A DNA stretch of 64,000 nt, taken from assembly GCA_016204005.1 (NCBI GenBank), contig JACQLS010000030.1, forward strand, positions 25,952-89,951. Reading direction: 5' to 3'. Each line of letters opens with the position of its first letter. Position 1 is the first letter of the stretch. The translations under genes were made by a program, and so were the position numbers. A model generated the notes under the pieces. The model was not told the DNA's origin, did no database searches, and worked only from the letters and a program-made list of their open reading frames with translations. Positions 1-9,800 of the stretch are shown here, in pieces. This DNA is from Parcubacteria group bacterium. Lineage in GTDB: Bacteria > Patescibacteriota > Minisyncoccia > Phycocordibacterales > UBA2135.

Positions 1-22
1 TTGACGTCACGCTATAACTTTT

Positions 23-59
23 AAAACACACCCTCCGCCTAAGGCGGAGGGTGTGTTTT
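23..59. terminator. Perfect 17-bp inverted repeat hairpin (aaaacacaccctccgcc / ggcggagggtgtgtttt) flanked by A/T runs; bidirectional rho-independent terminator-like
   Basis: Palindrome read directly from the sequence; T-run after the 3' arm and A-run before the 5' arm. Confidence 0.6.
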
Positions 60-110
60 AATATCAGCGCGTTGTTTTTAGTGTAAGAATATAGTACCTT
101 TGCCGTAGAA

Positions 111-1391
111 ATGACGCCAGAGATCCTCATGGATGCGCGATCAGAGGCTCGCTCGCTCAAACTTGCTGACTTCGATCTCTATCCGAAACGTGGCTTTCTT
201 GGAGAAGCAGATCCGCTAGAATTTTTTCAGGAAGATATCCGCGGGGCACATTGGCCATGGGTGCGAGAAGTCCAAGATGTTGCCAACGTTCTCCCCAAAT
301 TGTTAATAACGGACAAGGCGCGCAGATATATCACTGACCATATGGGAAGCATGTGGTCACCGCGGGATGGTGAGAGGATTATTGCGCTTTCGAGTTCAGC
401 GCAACATTGTCTCATGCGTACGGTCTCGTTTGTTGGGAACGCTTTTGTGCACGGTAGCATCACTGATATGTGGAGCGGAAAGGCAGAAGCACACATTCCA
501 GAATGGCTCGCCGTGCCATGGTGCCTCCTCGCAGATCAGTTGGGAACAACGCCAACGCTCTCGTACGCATGGTACGCGCTTCATAACTGGCGGCTTGCTG
601 ATCCAACGCAACCGATCTCTCTCGAAAACGTAATGCTCATCAACAATTTTTTTGGCGGGCTTGATGAAGAGGGATTTGTGAAAATCCATGTCGTCGTTGA
701 GGCGGCGTGGGCGCATCTTCCCGATGCTACACAGAGAGCACTCAAGGCTGTCTCCGATGATAATCCGAGAGAACTCGAAGACGCGCTTCTTGTTGTGCGG
801 GACGGGCAAAAAGCCGCCGTCGAAACTATGGGCAAGATGTGGCGGTGGTGTTCACCCAAGGTGTATTACGACCGCGTTCGTCTGCATATTGCCGGGTGGC
901 ACAATAACCCCGCGCTTCCCAATGGTGTCATGTATGAGGGTGTAGAAAAATTTGGAGGGAAGCCACAGCAGTTTGGTGGGGAGACTGGAGCGCAAAGCTC
1001 GGGCATCCCCCTTCAGTACGCTCTGCTTGATGTTCGCCATGAAGATGACATATTTCTCAAATATTTGCTTGGCATGCGCGCGCACATGCCAAGGGGGCAT
1101 CGGGCATTCATTGAAAAGGTAGAAGCATTGAGTCGGAATGGTCTTTCTATCCGTGAGTATGTCGATGCTCACCGGATCTCGAATCACTCGCTTCTTAGGG
1201 TTTATAGACAATGCCTCGCTGCACTTCTCGAGTTTCTCAACGTTCACTATCGATTTGTCGAGGAGTACATTGCGAAGCAAGAACAGACGCTTCCTTTCAA
1301 TACAACTAAGTATGGTACCGGTGGCACTCACGCCCTACCCTACTTGAAGAAGCATATCGATCGCATCGAAGCACTGGTAGAGGAAGTATAA
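111..1391 (+). CDS. Indoleamine 2,3-dioxygenase (IDO) family protein
   Basis: 426-aa ORF. It has the IDO hallmark block GWHNNPALPNGVMYEG...GGETGAQSS...LLDV, which parallels SGWKGNPQLSDGLVYEG...GGSAGQSS in IDO1. The C-terminal RxxH...YHxxxV helices are also conserved. Confidence 0.7.
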   Translation: MTPEILMDARSEARSLKLADFDLYPKRGFLGEADPLEFFQEDIRGAHWPWVREVQDVANVLPKLLITDKARRYITDHMGSMWSPRDGERIIALSSSAQHCLMRTVSFVGNAFVHGSITDMWSGKAEAHIPEWLAVPWCLLADQLGTTPTLSYAWYALHNWRLADPTQPISLENVMLINNFFGGLDEEGFVKIHVVVEAAWAHLPDATQRALKAVSDDNPRELEDALLVVRDGQKAAVETMGKMWRWCSPKVYYDRVRLHIAGWHNNPALPNGVMYEGVEKFGGKPQQFGGETGAQSSGIPLQYALLDVRHEDDIFLKYLLGMRAHMPRGHRAFIEKVEALSRNGLSIREYVDAHRISNHSLLRVYRQCLAALLEFLNVHYRFVEEYIAKQEQTLPFNTTKYGTGGTHALPYLKKHIDRIEALVEEV

Positions 1392-1398
1392 AGCAGTA

Positions 1399-1425
1399 AC
1401 CCACGGCATAGCCGTGGGTTTTTAT
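1399..1425 (+). terminator. Rho-independent terminator (acccacggc-ata-gccgtgggt + TTTTT) after the IDO-like gene
   Basis: Stem-loop followed by a T-run, read directly from the sequence. Confidence 0.7.
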
Positions 1426-1509
1426 TACAAAACGCCCCTTGAGTAAAAGCAACTTCTCTCATCGCTTCTCCACGATACAATGCCATAAGACTTTGACAGA
1501 GGAAATGCT

Positions 1510-2175
1510 ATGTCGCTCAAGAACATTTTGACAAAAGATGCGTGTCTTGAAGATCGCTACATTACCGATTATGGAGAGCTCGCGAAAGTCGTTGCCGACC
1601 TCAAAAGAATGGGATTTCGCATCGTGTTGGCTTCGGGTAGCTGGGACCTCTTCCACGAGGGACACGCTGAATATCTGGCATTAGCCAAGCAGCGCGGGGA
1701 TATCCTTGTCGTGGGTGTTGATAGCGATGAGAAAATCCGTAGACGCAAGGGTCCGCGTCGTCCCATTGTTGGAGAAGAAGAACGGATTCGTATTCTTTCT
1801 CACGTACGCCACGTTGATATTATTGTGCTCAAGAACTCGGATCATCCGAAACATCATCTGTTAAAGACCGTAAGGCCAGACGTACTCATCATTTCAGAAT
1901 CGACAGGGCATGAAGAGGGTGATATTGAAAGCGCGAAGGCACACTGCGGTGAGGTATTTTTGGTTCCCCCGCAGTCGACGACCTCAACGACTGCTAAGGT
2001 GCGCCTGCTTCATGTCATGGGTCAAGAAGACTTGGTTAGCCGCGTGGAACCTGCCCTCGAAGCTCTTCTCCGAACAAAACTGGTTGAAAATGCTCCAGCA
2101 CTCGCGCAACTCCTTGCTCCGGATGTCGTAGGGTTGTTGCGGCAAGGAGTTATCGGCGAGAGGGAGAAAAAGTAA
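1510..2175 (+). CDS. Cytidylyltransferase-superfamily nucleotidyltransferase, RfaE/HldE domain-II-like (heptose-1-phosphate adenylyltransferase-like), with a ~70-aa C-terminal extension
   Basis: Motif ASGSWDLFHEGHAEYL (HxGH nucleotidyltransferase signature) followed by ILVVGVDSDEKIRRRKGPRRP, which closely matches the HldE C-domain. Confidence 0.65.
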   Translation: MSLKNILTKDACLEDRYITDYGELAKVVADLKRMGFRIVLASGSWDLFHEGHAEYLALAKQRGDILVVGVDSDEKIRRRKGPRRPIVGEEERIRILSHVRHVDIIVLKNSDHPKHHLLKTVRPDVLIISESTGHEEGDIESAKAHCGEVFLVPPQSTTSTTAKVRLLHVMGQEDLVSRVEPALEALLRTKLVENAPALAQLLAPDVVGLLRQGVIGEREKK

Positions 2176-3020
2176 TGCGAAAGGTAATCATCGCCTACGT
2201 TCCCGTACTTCACAGCGGCTATATCAAGCTGTTTAGGGCAGAGGGCGCCGAGGATCTCTATATTATCGGCGAAAAGCTTCTTAAGGAACTTTCGGATTTC
2301 GATTATCTTGTTAGGAAAGACAAATTGCGCGCGCTTGAGACCTACGAGGTCTGCCTTGCGGTGACACCGCTCTGTTTGTTTGAGAATGTCTACGTCCTTG
2401 AAGATGTTAATGAGCTTAAGAAAGCAGGCGATCTTCTTATCGTCATGCCAGATGAGGACATTTCTCGAGCGATTGCGAACACCTATTTTCCTGATCGACA
2501 GGTAGAGTTCCGTCCGATTTTCCTCCGATGGCATCGAGACAATGTTGCCGAGAAGCAAAGTGTTGCAGTGCATCGCGCGCTTCCCGTCACCACATTTGAT
2601 GAAGAGATTATGCGGCGCGCCTTCAAAGAAGGGGAAAGAAGTTTCGATTGGTGGCGGCAGATTGGCGGCATTATCGTGAAAGACGGAGAAGTTGTTCTTG
2701 TTGCTCACAATGCTCATGTTCCTGAAGAGCAGATGCCAAACATTGTGGGCGATCCTCGAAGCATCTTTAAGCGAGGCATTAACCTCGACCTTTCCACGGC
2801 CGATCACGCAGAAGCTGTTTTGATCGGAGAGGCAGCGCGTCGCGGTATTCCGCTTGAAGGAGCGTGGTTGTATTCAACCGATTTTCCTTGCCCGCCATGT
2901 GCGAAGCTCATCGCTCGTTCGGGTATTAAGCGCTGCTACTTTAGTAACGGATACGCTGTGCTTGATGGTGAAGCTGTATTGAAAGCGAGTGGCACCGAGC
3001 TCATTCATATTTCTGTCTAA
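2175..3020 (+). CDS. Two-domain protein: unknown N-terminal domain (~130 aa) plus C-terminal dCMP/cytidine deaminase zinc-binding domain (ComEB-like)
   Basis: HAEAVLIGEAARRG...PCPPCAKLIARSGIKRCYF equals the H(A/C)E...PCxxC deaminase signature. Its start overlaps the stop of the upstream gene (ATGA), which suggests translational coupling. Confidence 0.65.
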   Translation: MRKVIIAYVPVLHSGYIKLFRAEGAEDLYIIGEKLLKELSDFDYLVRKDKLRALETYEVCLAVTPLCLFENVYVLEDVNELKKAGDLLIVMPDEDISRAIANTYFPDRQVEFRPIFLRWHRDNVAEKQSVAVHRALPVTTFDEEIMRRAFKEGERSFDWWRQIGGIIVKDGEVVLVAHNAHVPEEQMPNIVGDPRSIFKRGINLDLSTADHAEAVLIGEAARRGIPLEGAWLYSTDFPCPPCAKLIARSGIKRCYFSNGYAVLDGEAVLKASGTELIHISV

Positions 3021-3022
3021 TT

Positions 3023-3049
3023 AAAACCCCGAGTTAATCGGGGTTTTTC
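3023..3049. terminator. Bidirectional terminator hairpin (aaaaccccga gttaa tcggggtttt) between convergent genes
   Basis: Inverted repeat with flanking A/T runs, read from the sequence. Confidence 0.65.
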
Positions 3050-4029
3050 TATGCTTCGTAATATCCAGCTGCTACTTTGATCTTTTGCGCGCCCTCTGTT
3101 CTCGGCGCTCCGACAATAAGGTGCGCGTGAAGGTGCATTACGGTGGCGCATGTGTGGCTTGTATCGCCGAAACGAAAGACAAGTGTGGCGCCCGGTATTC
3201 CAAATGTCGCCGTAATCCAATTCACGTGCTCCATAAGTTCGACAAACGCTTGCGGTCTCATTTCGGCAAGCGTCGTTATATGTTCCTTATGGATAAAGAG
3301 AAAATGCAGTTTTGTTCCCCAGTAGGGATAGTCGTTTTTGGTGACAAACCAGTGTTCACCTTCGCGAATAATCGGTTCACGATGGTATTTCCGTAGGTTG
3401 TCTTCTCCGCAGAAAGGACATACGCCATCCTTTTTTACTTGCGCATAGACATCCTCTTGTCCCTGGCGCAATTGTGTCATGTCTACGAATGTCTCGGACG
3501 CCGTGTCTGCTGTCTTTGTCGGCGACTTCCGCTCGTAGAGAATCAATGTCGCCTTATGCTCGTTTTTCTCATATCGGTTCGAAAATTCAGCACGATACGC
3601 AACACTCCATTCGGATAATTCGAGCTCCGGGAAGAACGCATCTCCCTCGGGTTTCGCATGGACTAGGGTGTAGTATACGCGCGTTACGTACGGCAGGAGG
3701 AGCTTGTATATCTCTCCACCGCCGATAACAAACACCTCTTTCGCCACATCCTTGATAAGGACAAAGAGTTCATCAAGTGAGTGCACGACCGTACATCCAG
3801 GAGCAGTAAATGTCTTTTCCCGCGCGAGTACAATATTTGTTCTCTTGGGAAGTGGTTTTCCCAACTTCGCAACAATTGATTCGTATGTCTTTCGCCCCAT
3901 GACAACAGTGTGGCCCATCGTGAGCTTCCGGAAGTGCGCGAGATCATCTGGAATGTCCCACGGGATTTTTCCTTTATTACCGATACAGCGATTTTCTGCT
4001 GCAGCAACGACGATCGAGAATCTCTTCAT
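3049..4029 (-). CDS. folA: Dihydrofolate reductase fused to a C-terminal HIT-superfamily (histidine triad, GalT/Ap4A-hydrolase-like) domain
   Basis: N-terminus MKRFSIVVAAAENRCIGNKGKIPWDIPDDLAHF is a canonical DHFR start. The C-terminus carries CPFCGED...HLHAHLIVG (CxxC plus HxHxHxx histidine triad). Confidence 0.75.
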   Translation of the reverse strand: MKRFSIVVAAAENRCIGNKGKIPWDIPDDLAHFRKLTMGHTVVMGRKTYESIVAKLGKPLPKRTNIVLAREKTFTAPGCTVVHSLDELFVLIKDVAKEVFVIGGGEIYKLLLPYVTRVYYTLVHAKPEGDAFFPELELSEWSVAYRAEFSNRYEKNEHKATLILYERKSPTKTADTASETFVDMTQLRQGQEDVYAQVKKDGVCPFCGEDNLRKYHREPIIREGEHWFVTKNDYPYWGTKLHFLFIHKEHITTLAEMRPQAFVELMEHVNWITATFGIPGATLVFRFGDTSHTCATVMHLHAHLIVGAPRTEGAQKIKVAAGYYEA

Positions 4030-4038
4030 TTTTCCTCC

Positions 4039-5022
4039 TTAGACTGGCGTGTCAATTTTGTGCGGCGGAAGTTGCGGGTGGTAATCTTCCACCTTGAAAT
4101 GCTCGCCACGGAAATCAAAGAAGTTCTTTACGCCGGGGTCGGCCGTTACCGTTGGAAACCGCTCGGCTTGTGTTGCCCCAAGGAACCCCTCTACATCCCT
4201 GATTTGTCTGCGGTAGATGTGGGCGTCTTTGATGATGTACACAACCTTGTCGATGCTATAGCCAGTTTCTGCCGACAACATGAGCGGAAGAATAATACCG
4301 TGTTGGAAGAGATTGAAAGCAAGCCCCACGGGCGCGTCACAACTCCATTGCGTGTGAATATACGTACCGCGACCTGTTTTGGTATCGATGCGGATCATCA
4401 TGTCGCCATGACACGGCACCACCACCACCTTCTGTTGTCTGCCAGTGAGTCGGTAGCAGTATTGCGGGACCCACGGAATTGCCTGGTGGGTACGCAATTC
4501 AGGCCGCTCTTTGATTTGCTGAAGCATTGCCTTAATCTGGTCAAAAGAAGTTCCGTCGCTCATTGGGAAACTGCGATATGCAGGTCCGTATGACCCAGGC
4601 CCCAAATCACCAGGGGGAAGGCCGCGCTTTGCGCACTTCTCGGGAGTTACCCACGGTGCCCACCAGGGGCAGCCGAACGCCTTTAGTTCCTCATGGGTCC
4701 GCGCGCCGTGCATGAAGGCAATGATTTCCCCAGTACCCATTGAGAAGCCCGAACGTCCGGTCTTCGGGTTGGGTGTAACGATATCCCGTTCTGTGACAAG
4801 GGGTGCTCCGTTCGAGAGATCAAATTCCATGACGTGGCCAAAGATCGTAAGGCGTTCCTCATCCATTCCTGACGGCATCCATTTGCCATCCCGCAGAATT
4901 CGATACAGTAGAGTGCGGTATTGCGCATCAGGCGTACGTTTGTCAAAAGGAAGCATATCAATCATTCTTCGCTCCACTTCGCAGGTCTTCCCACAGCGTA
5001 TGTTTTTTTGGAATAAGGTCAA
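4039..5022 (-). CDS. thyA: Thymidylate synthase (ThyA) with N-terminal extension and insertions; true start possibly the internal Met at 4965
   Basis: Aligns to E. coli ThyA: ERLTIFGHVMEFDLSNGAPLVTERDI, GDLGPGSYGPAYRSF, VVVPCHGDMM (catalytic PCH) and TQWSCDAPVGLAFNLFQ (LYQRSCD...PFNIASY). The stop abuts the folA start, the usual thyA-folA arrangement. Confidence 0.8.
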   Translation of the reverse strand: MTLFQKNIRCGKTCEVERRMIDMLPFDKRTPDAQYRTLLYRILRDGKWMPSGMDEERLTIFGHVMEFDLSNGAPLVTERDIVTPNPKTGRSGFSMGTGEIIAFMHGARTHEELKAFGCPWWAPWVTPEKCAKRGLPPGDLGPGSYGPAYRSFPMSDGTSFDQIKAMLQQIKERPELRTHQAIPWVPQYCYRLTGRQQKVVVVPCHGDMMIRIDTKTGRGTYIHTQWSCDAPVGLAFNLFQHGIILPLMLSAETGYSIDKVVYIIKDAHIYRRQIRDVEGFLGATQAERFPTVTADPGVKNFFDFRGEHFKVEDYHPQLPPHKIDTPV

Positions 5023-5057
5023 GTGCCATGTTTTCGTCTGTCGCGGGAGTTGATGGT

Positions 5058-6740
5058 ATGATGGTACTATCTGACGTATTCATGATTCAGAATAAACTCA
5101 AAAACTTGATCAAGGGGGTGATAACAGAACTCGGCATAGAGGCCGAGGATATTCACCTCGAGCATCCGGCAGAGCTTGCGCACGGAGATTACTCAACCAA
5201 TGTCGCAATGGCAGCGGCGAAGATGGCAAAGGTAAACCCAAAAGCATTGGCAGAAAAAATTGCCGCAAAATTGAATGAGAAAAAAGATGAGGATATCGCA
5301 AAAATAGAAGTTGCGGGCCCCGGGTTCATCAACCTCCATCTTTCTTCGTCCTTTTTCGGAAAAAGCATGGGAGAAGCTGTCTCAGAAGGAGACAGTTGGG
5401 GGAGAAACAAGGCATATGAGGGGAAGAAGGTCATGGTGGAATACACTGACCCGAATCCGTTTAAGGAGTTTCATATCGGGCACCTCATGTCGAACGCAAT
5501 CGGCGAGTCCATCGCGCAGCTTATTGAGTTCGGTGGCGCGAAGGTGAAGCGGGCAAACTGGCAGGGTGATGTTGGTCCCCATGTTGCGAAAGCTCTTTGG
5601 GGTAAAATGCAAAAGCCAGGATTGGGTTGGGGAGAGGCGTATGCGTATGGCGCAGGCGAGTACGATGCGCACAAAGAAGAGATAGATACGATAAACCAAA
5701 AGGTGTACGCCAAAAGCGATAGCGCGATAAATGCTTTGTATGATGAAGGCCGCGCAGAATCACTTAAGCGTTTTGAGGAACTATACAAAACACTCGGCAC
5801 GACATTTGACCACTACTTTTTTGAAGGGAAGGAGGGGCTCTTGGGCAAACCAATAGTCGAGGAGTTTTTGAAAAAAGGTGTCTTTGAAGAAAGTGATGGT
5901 GCCGTTGTTTTCAAGGGAGAGAAGTACAATCTTCACACGCGTGTCTTCCTCACGTCGCGTGGTTTGCCCACCTACGAGGCAAAAGAGCTTGGCCTCAACA
6001 AGACAAAGTTTGAAGTGGAACCCGATTTAGACGCTTCAATCATAGTGACTGCAAACGAGCAAACTGATTACTTTAGGGTTGTGCTCAAAGTCATGGAGCT
6101 TATTTTCCCGGAGATTGCCTCCAAGACGACGCATATTGCCCACGGCGTGATGAAATTCGCCTCCGGAAAAATGTCCTCGCGTAAAGGGAATGTTGTTACC
6201 GGCGAATCGCTTCTCTTGGGACTAGAAAAACTCGCGGAACAGAAAATTAATGAAGGCGGGCGTACGGGAGATACCGCTGAGAATCTTGCAGAGGTAGTAG
6301 CCGTGGGCGCCATTAAATACTCGATTCTCAAACAAAATACAGGACGCGACATTGTGTTTGATCCAGAACAGTCGCTTTCTTTTGAAGGAGATTCTGGCCC
6401 CTATCTTCAATACACACATGCGCGGGCGCGCTCCATTTTACGCAAGGCAGAGGAACGCGGCATAGAGCCGCGCGCAGAGGAGAGAGCGGTTGGCGATGTA
6501 GAAAGAATGCTTTATCGCTTCCCTGAAGTTGTAGCGCGTGCATCCAAGGAATACGAGCCACACTATGTAACGACGTACCTTACAGAACTTGCTGGTGCGT
6601 TTAATACATTCTACGCGAAGGAGCGTATTTTAGATGCGGGAGAAGACGCGCCATACCGCGTGTTGCTCACCGAGGCAGTGGCGGTCACGCTTAAAAATGG
6701 CCTCCACCTTTTGGGCATCAAAGCCCCAGAGGTCATGTAA
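5058..6740 (+). CDS. argS: Arginine--tRNA ligase
   Basis: Class I HIGH motif (FHIGHLMSN) and KMSKS-like motif (KMSSRKGNVV); length about 560 aa. Start chosen at the ATG with a GGGAG SD-like element 10 nt upstream; the ORF track allows 5028. Confidence 0.85.
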   Translation: MMVLSDVFMIQNKLKNLIKGVITELGIEAEDIHLEHPAELAHGDYSTNVAMAAAKMAKVNPKALAEKIAAKLNEKKDEDIAKIEVAGPGFINLHLSSSFFGKSMGEAVSEGDSWGRNKAYEGKKVMVEYTDPNPFKEFHIGHLMSNAIGESIAQLIEFGGAKVKRANWQGDVGPHVAKALWGKMQKPGLGWGEAYAYGAGEYDAHKEEIDTINQKVYAKSDSAINALYDEGRAESLKRFEELYKTLGTTFDHYFFEGKEGLLGKPIVEEFLKKGVFEESDGAVVFKGEKYNLHTRVFLTSRGLPTYEAKELGLNKTKFEVEPDLDASIIVTANEQTDYFRVVLKVMELIFPEIASKTTHIAHGVMKFASGKMSSRKGNVVTGESLLLGLEKLAEQKINEGGRTGDTAENLAEVVAVGAIKYSILKQNTGRDIVFDPEQSLSFEGDSGPYLQYTHARARSILRKAEERGIEPRAEERAVGDVERMLYRFPEVVARASKEYEPHYVTTYLTELAGAFNTFYAKERILDAGEDAPYRVLLTEAVAVTLKNGLHLLGIKAPEVM

Positions 6741-6830
6741 AGGATCGGACATATCTTGAAAAAATATTGCAACGGTAGGCCTAAAACAAGGCCTTTTTGT
6801 GTAATGTCTAAAAATTGGTACTATTTGACT

Positions 6831-9800
6831 ATGTCTGACGAGCAAAATTCTCAAAAAAAGAGCGTAGCCGATCTTGAAAGGGAAATACTTCGCTTTTGGC
6901 GGGATAATAAGATTTTTGAGAAATCTCTTGCCAAGAAATCCCCCAAGGGTGAGTATACTTTTTACGATGGCCCTCCGTTCGCGAATGGGCTTCCCCACTA
7001 TGGGCACATTCTCGCCGGTGTCCTGAAAGATGCAATACCGCGTTTTCAGACGATGCGTGGATACCACGTTGCCCGTCGCTGGGGATGGGACTGCCACGGC
7101 CTTCCTGTTGAATACGAGATTGAAAAAGAGCTCGGATTAAAAACAAAGCGCGAGATTGAGGAGTATGGTATCCAGAACTTCAACAAGAAAGCGCGCGAAG
7201 CAATCATGCGTTATGCGGATGACTGGCGGCAGATCATCCCTAAAACAGGACGCTGGGTGGATATGGATCGCGACTACCGTACGATGGATTCTTCCTATAC
7301 CGAATCCGTATGGTGGATATTTAAGTCACTGTACGACAAGGGTCTCGTATATGAGGGGTTCAAGCCGATGCATTTGTGTCCCCGCTGTGAGACAACACTC
7401 TCAAACTTCGAGGTGAGTCAGGGGTACAAAGACATCACCGACATTACCGTCACAGTGCGATTACCGCTCAGTAAGGAGAAAAACACTTCTCTTCTGGTGT
7501 GGACGACTACTCCTTGGACACTCCCCGGAAACATGGCGGCTGCTGTAAACCCAAGCGTCGTCTATGCTAAATATCGTCTCTCTGATCCAGTTGAAGAGTT
7601 TGTCATTATTGCCAAAGATCGAGGGGAGGAAATCCTCAAGGATAAAAAGTATGAGATTGTTGAAGAGTTTATGGGGAATACGCTTGTTGGTCGTGCCTAT
7701 GAGCCGCCATTTTCGTACTACAAAGACGCGCCGCTTAAACACAAGGGAAATGCTTGGAAGGTATATGGAGCGGATTTTGTAACGACGACTGACGGCACAG
7801 GCATTGTGCATATAGCGCCAGCGTTCGGAGAAGACGACCTCAACCTCGCAAAAGAAAACGACATACCGGTTGTGCACCACGTTGGTACCGATGGCAAGTT
7901 TAAGAAAGAAGTTGCAGATTTTGTAGGTGAAAGCGTGAAGCCCGCCAATGATTTGCAAGCCACCGATGTACTCATCCTTAAAAACCTATCTTCTCGAGGA
8001 CTCCTTTTTGCAAAAGAGAAGATACAACACCCATACCCACATTGTTGGCGGTGCGATACTCCACTTTTGAACTACGCGGCAAGCTCATGGTTTGTGCAAG
8101 TCACTGCGATCAAAGACGCATTGGTGAGCGCAAATAAAAAAATATCGTGGGTTCCATCCGACATACGCGATGGGAGATTTGGTAAATGGCTTCTGGGCGC
8201 GCGCGATTGGGCAGTCTCGCGCTCACGTTTTTGGGGAGCGCCAATTCCCGCATGGCGGTGCCAAAAATGTGAACGTGTAGAGATTATCGGATCACTCTCC
8301 GAACTTCAGGAAAGAAGCGCTGATTCAGGCAACACATTCTTTTTAATGCGGCACGGCGAGGCGCGTAGTAATAAGGAGGGGTTTGTGAGTGCCTCAGTGA
8401 GTGCGCGCAACAACCTTACAGAAAAAGGGAAAAGGGAGGTTGATAAAGCCGCGAAATTTTTGCGGCGGCAATCGATCGATCTCATCATCGCTTCTCCGCT
8501 CGAGCGCACAAAAGAAACAGCGTTTCGGACGGCGAAAAACCTCGGATTAAAGAAAGACAAAGTCATTTTCTCGGACCTCATCCGCGAAACGGGCGTTGGC
8601 GTTTTTGAAGGTAAGCCGATTTCAGAATGGCAATCCCAGTTCTCTTCTTTGGAAGACAAATTCAAAATACGTCCCCAGGGAGGTGAGCATATCAATGATA
8701 TAAAGAGCCGAATTATCCCGTTCCTATATGAAACGGATCGCAAGTACACGAAAAAGAATATTCTCATTGTTTCGCATGCTGATCCGCTTTGGGCTCTTTA
8801 CATGGGGGCGCTTGGATATACGGAAAAGCAGGCAATTGAGGTTCATGGTAGGAAAAAGGATTTTATAAAAACAGCAGAAGTAAAAAAACTTGATTTTGCT
8901 CCGTTACCACACGATGAAGCATACACGCTCGATCTCCATCGCCCCTACATCGACGAGTTGAAGTTTAAATGTCTTTGCGGCGGTAAGATGAAGCGTGTTC
9001 CCGAAGTCTTCGACTGTTGGTTCGAGTCTGGAGCCATGCCCTATGGGCAAATGCACTATCCGTTTGAAAATAAGGACATCTTTGACCCAGAAAAGCAACG
9101 AGGATTCCCCGCGCACTTCATTGCGGAAGGGCTCGATCAGACGAGGGGGTGGTTCTATTCCCTCCTGGTCCTTGGGGTTGCGCTCTTTGGAGAGCCAACC
9201 TATAAGAACGTCATCACGAACGGCCTTGTACTCGCAGAAGACGGGCGGAAGATGTCAAAACGGTTAAAAAATTACCCAGAACCGACTGATGTAATAGAGA
9301 AGTACGGCGCAGACGCTTTGCGATTTTACCTCCTTTCCTCACCTGTTGTCCGAGCGGAAGACCTTCGTTTTAGCGAGGAAGGCGTTCGGGAAATACAAAA
9401 CAAGGTAATGAGCCGGCTTCGCAACGTCGTGTCTTTCTATCACATGTATGCTGGAGATACGTCGGATGGCGGAAGTGTTCCGAAATCAAATAACGTGCTC
9501 GACACGTGGGTGAGGGTCCGTCTCACCGAGGTGGTCAATAAAGTCACCGAGGCAATGGAGCAGTACGAGCTCGACAAGGCCGTTCGTCCACTCGCCGAGT
9601 TCATTGACGATCTCTCGACGTGGTATCTTCGCAGATCGCGTGACCGCTTTAAGTCAAAAGACGAGAGTGATAGGAAGAACGCGGTAGCGACAACGCGCTA
9701 CGTTTTAGTGGAGACAGCAAAGCTCATCGCTCCCTTCGCACCTTTTGTTGCGGAAGAAGTGTATCGCTCATTGTCTCCGAATGTGGAAAGTGTACATCTT

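Noticed and set aside
1-20. TTGACG...TATAAC at the window start as a promoter
   Set aside because: Spacer is only about 6 nt, so it is not a functional sigma70 geometry. Also truncated by the window edge.
2022-2807. 261-aa minus-strand ORF
   Set aside because: Antisense across the cytidylyltransferase/deaminase genes, which have clear motifs; no motifs of its own.
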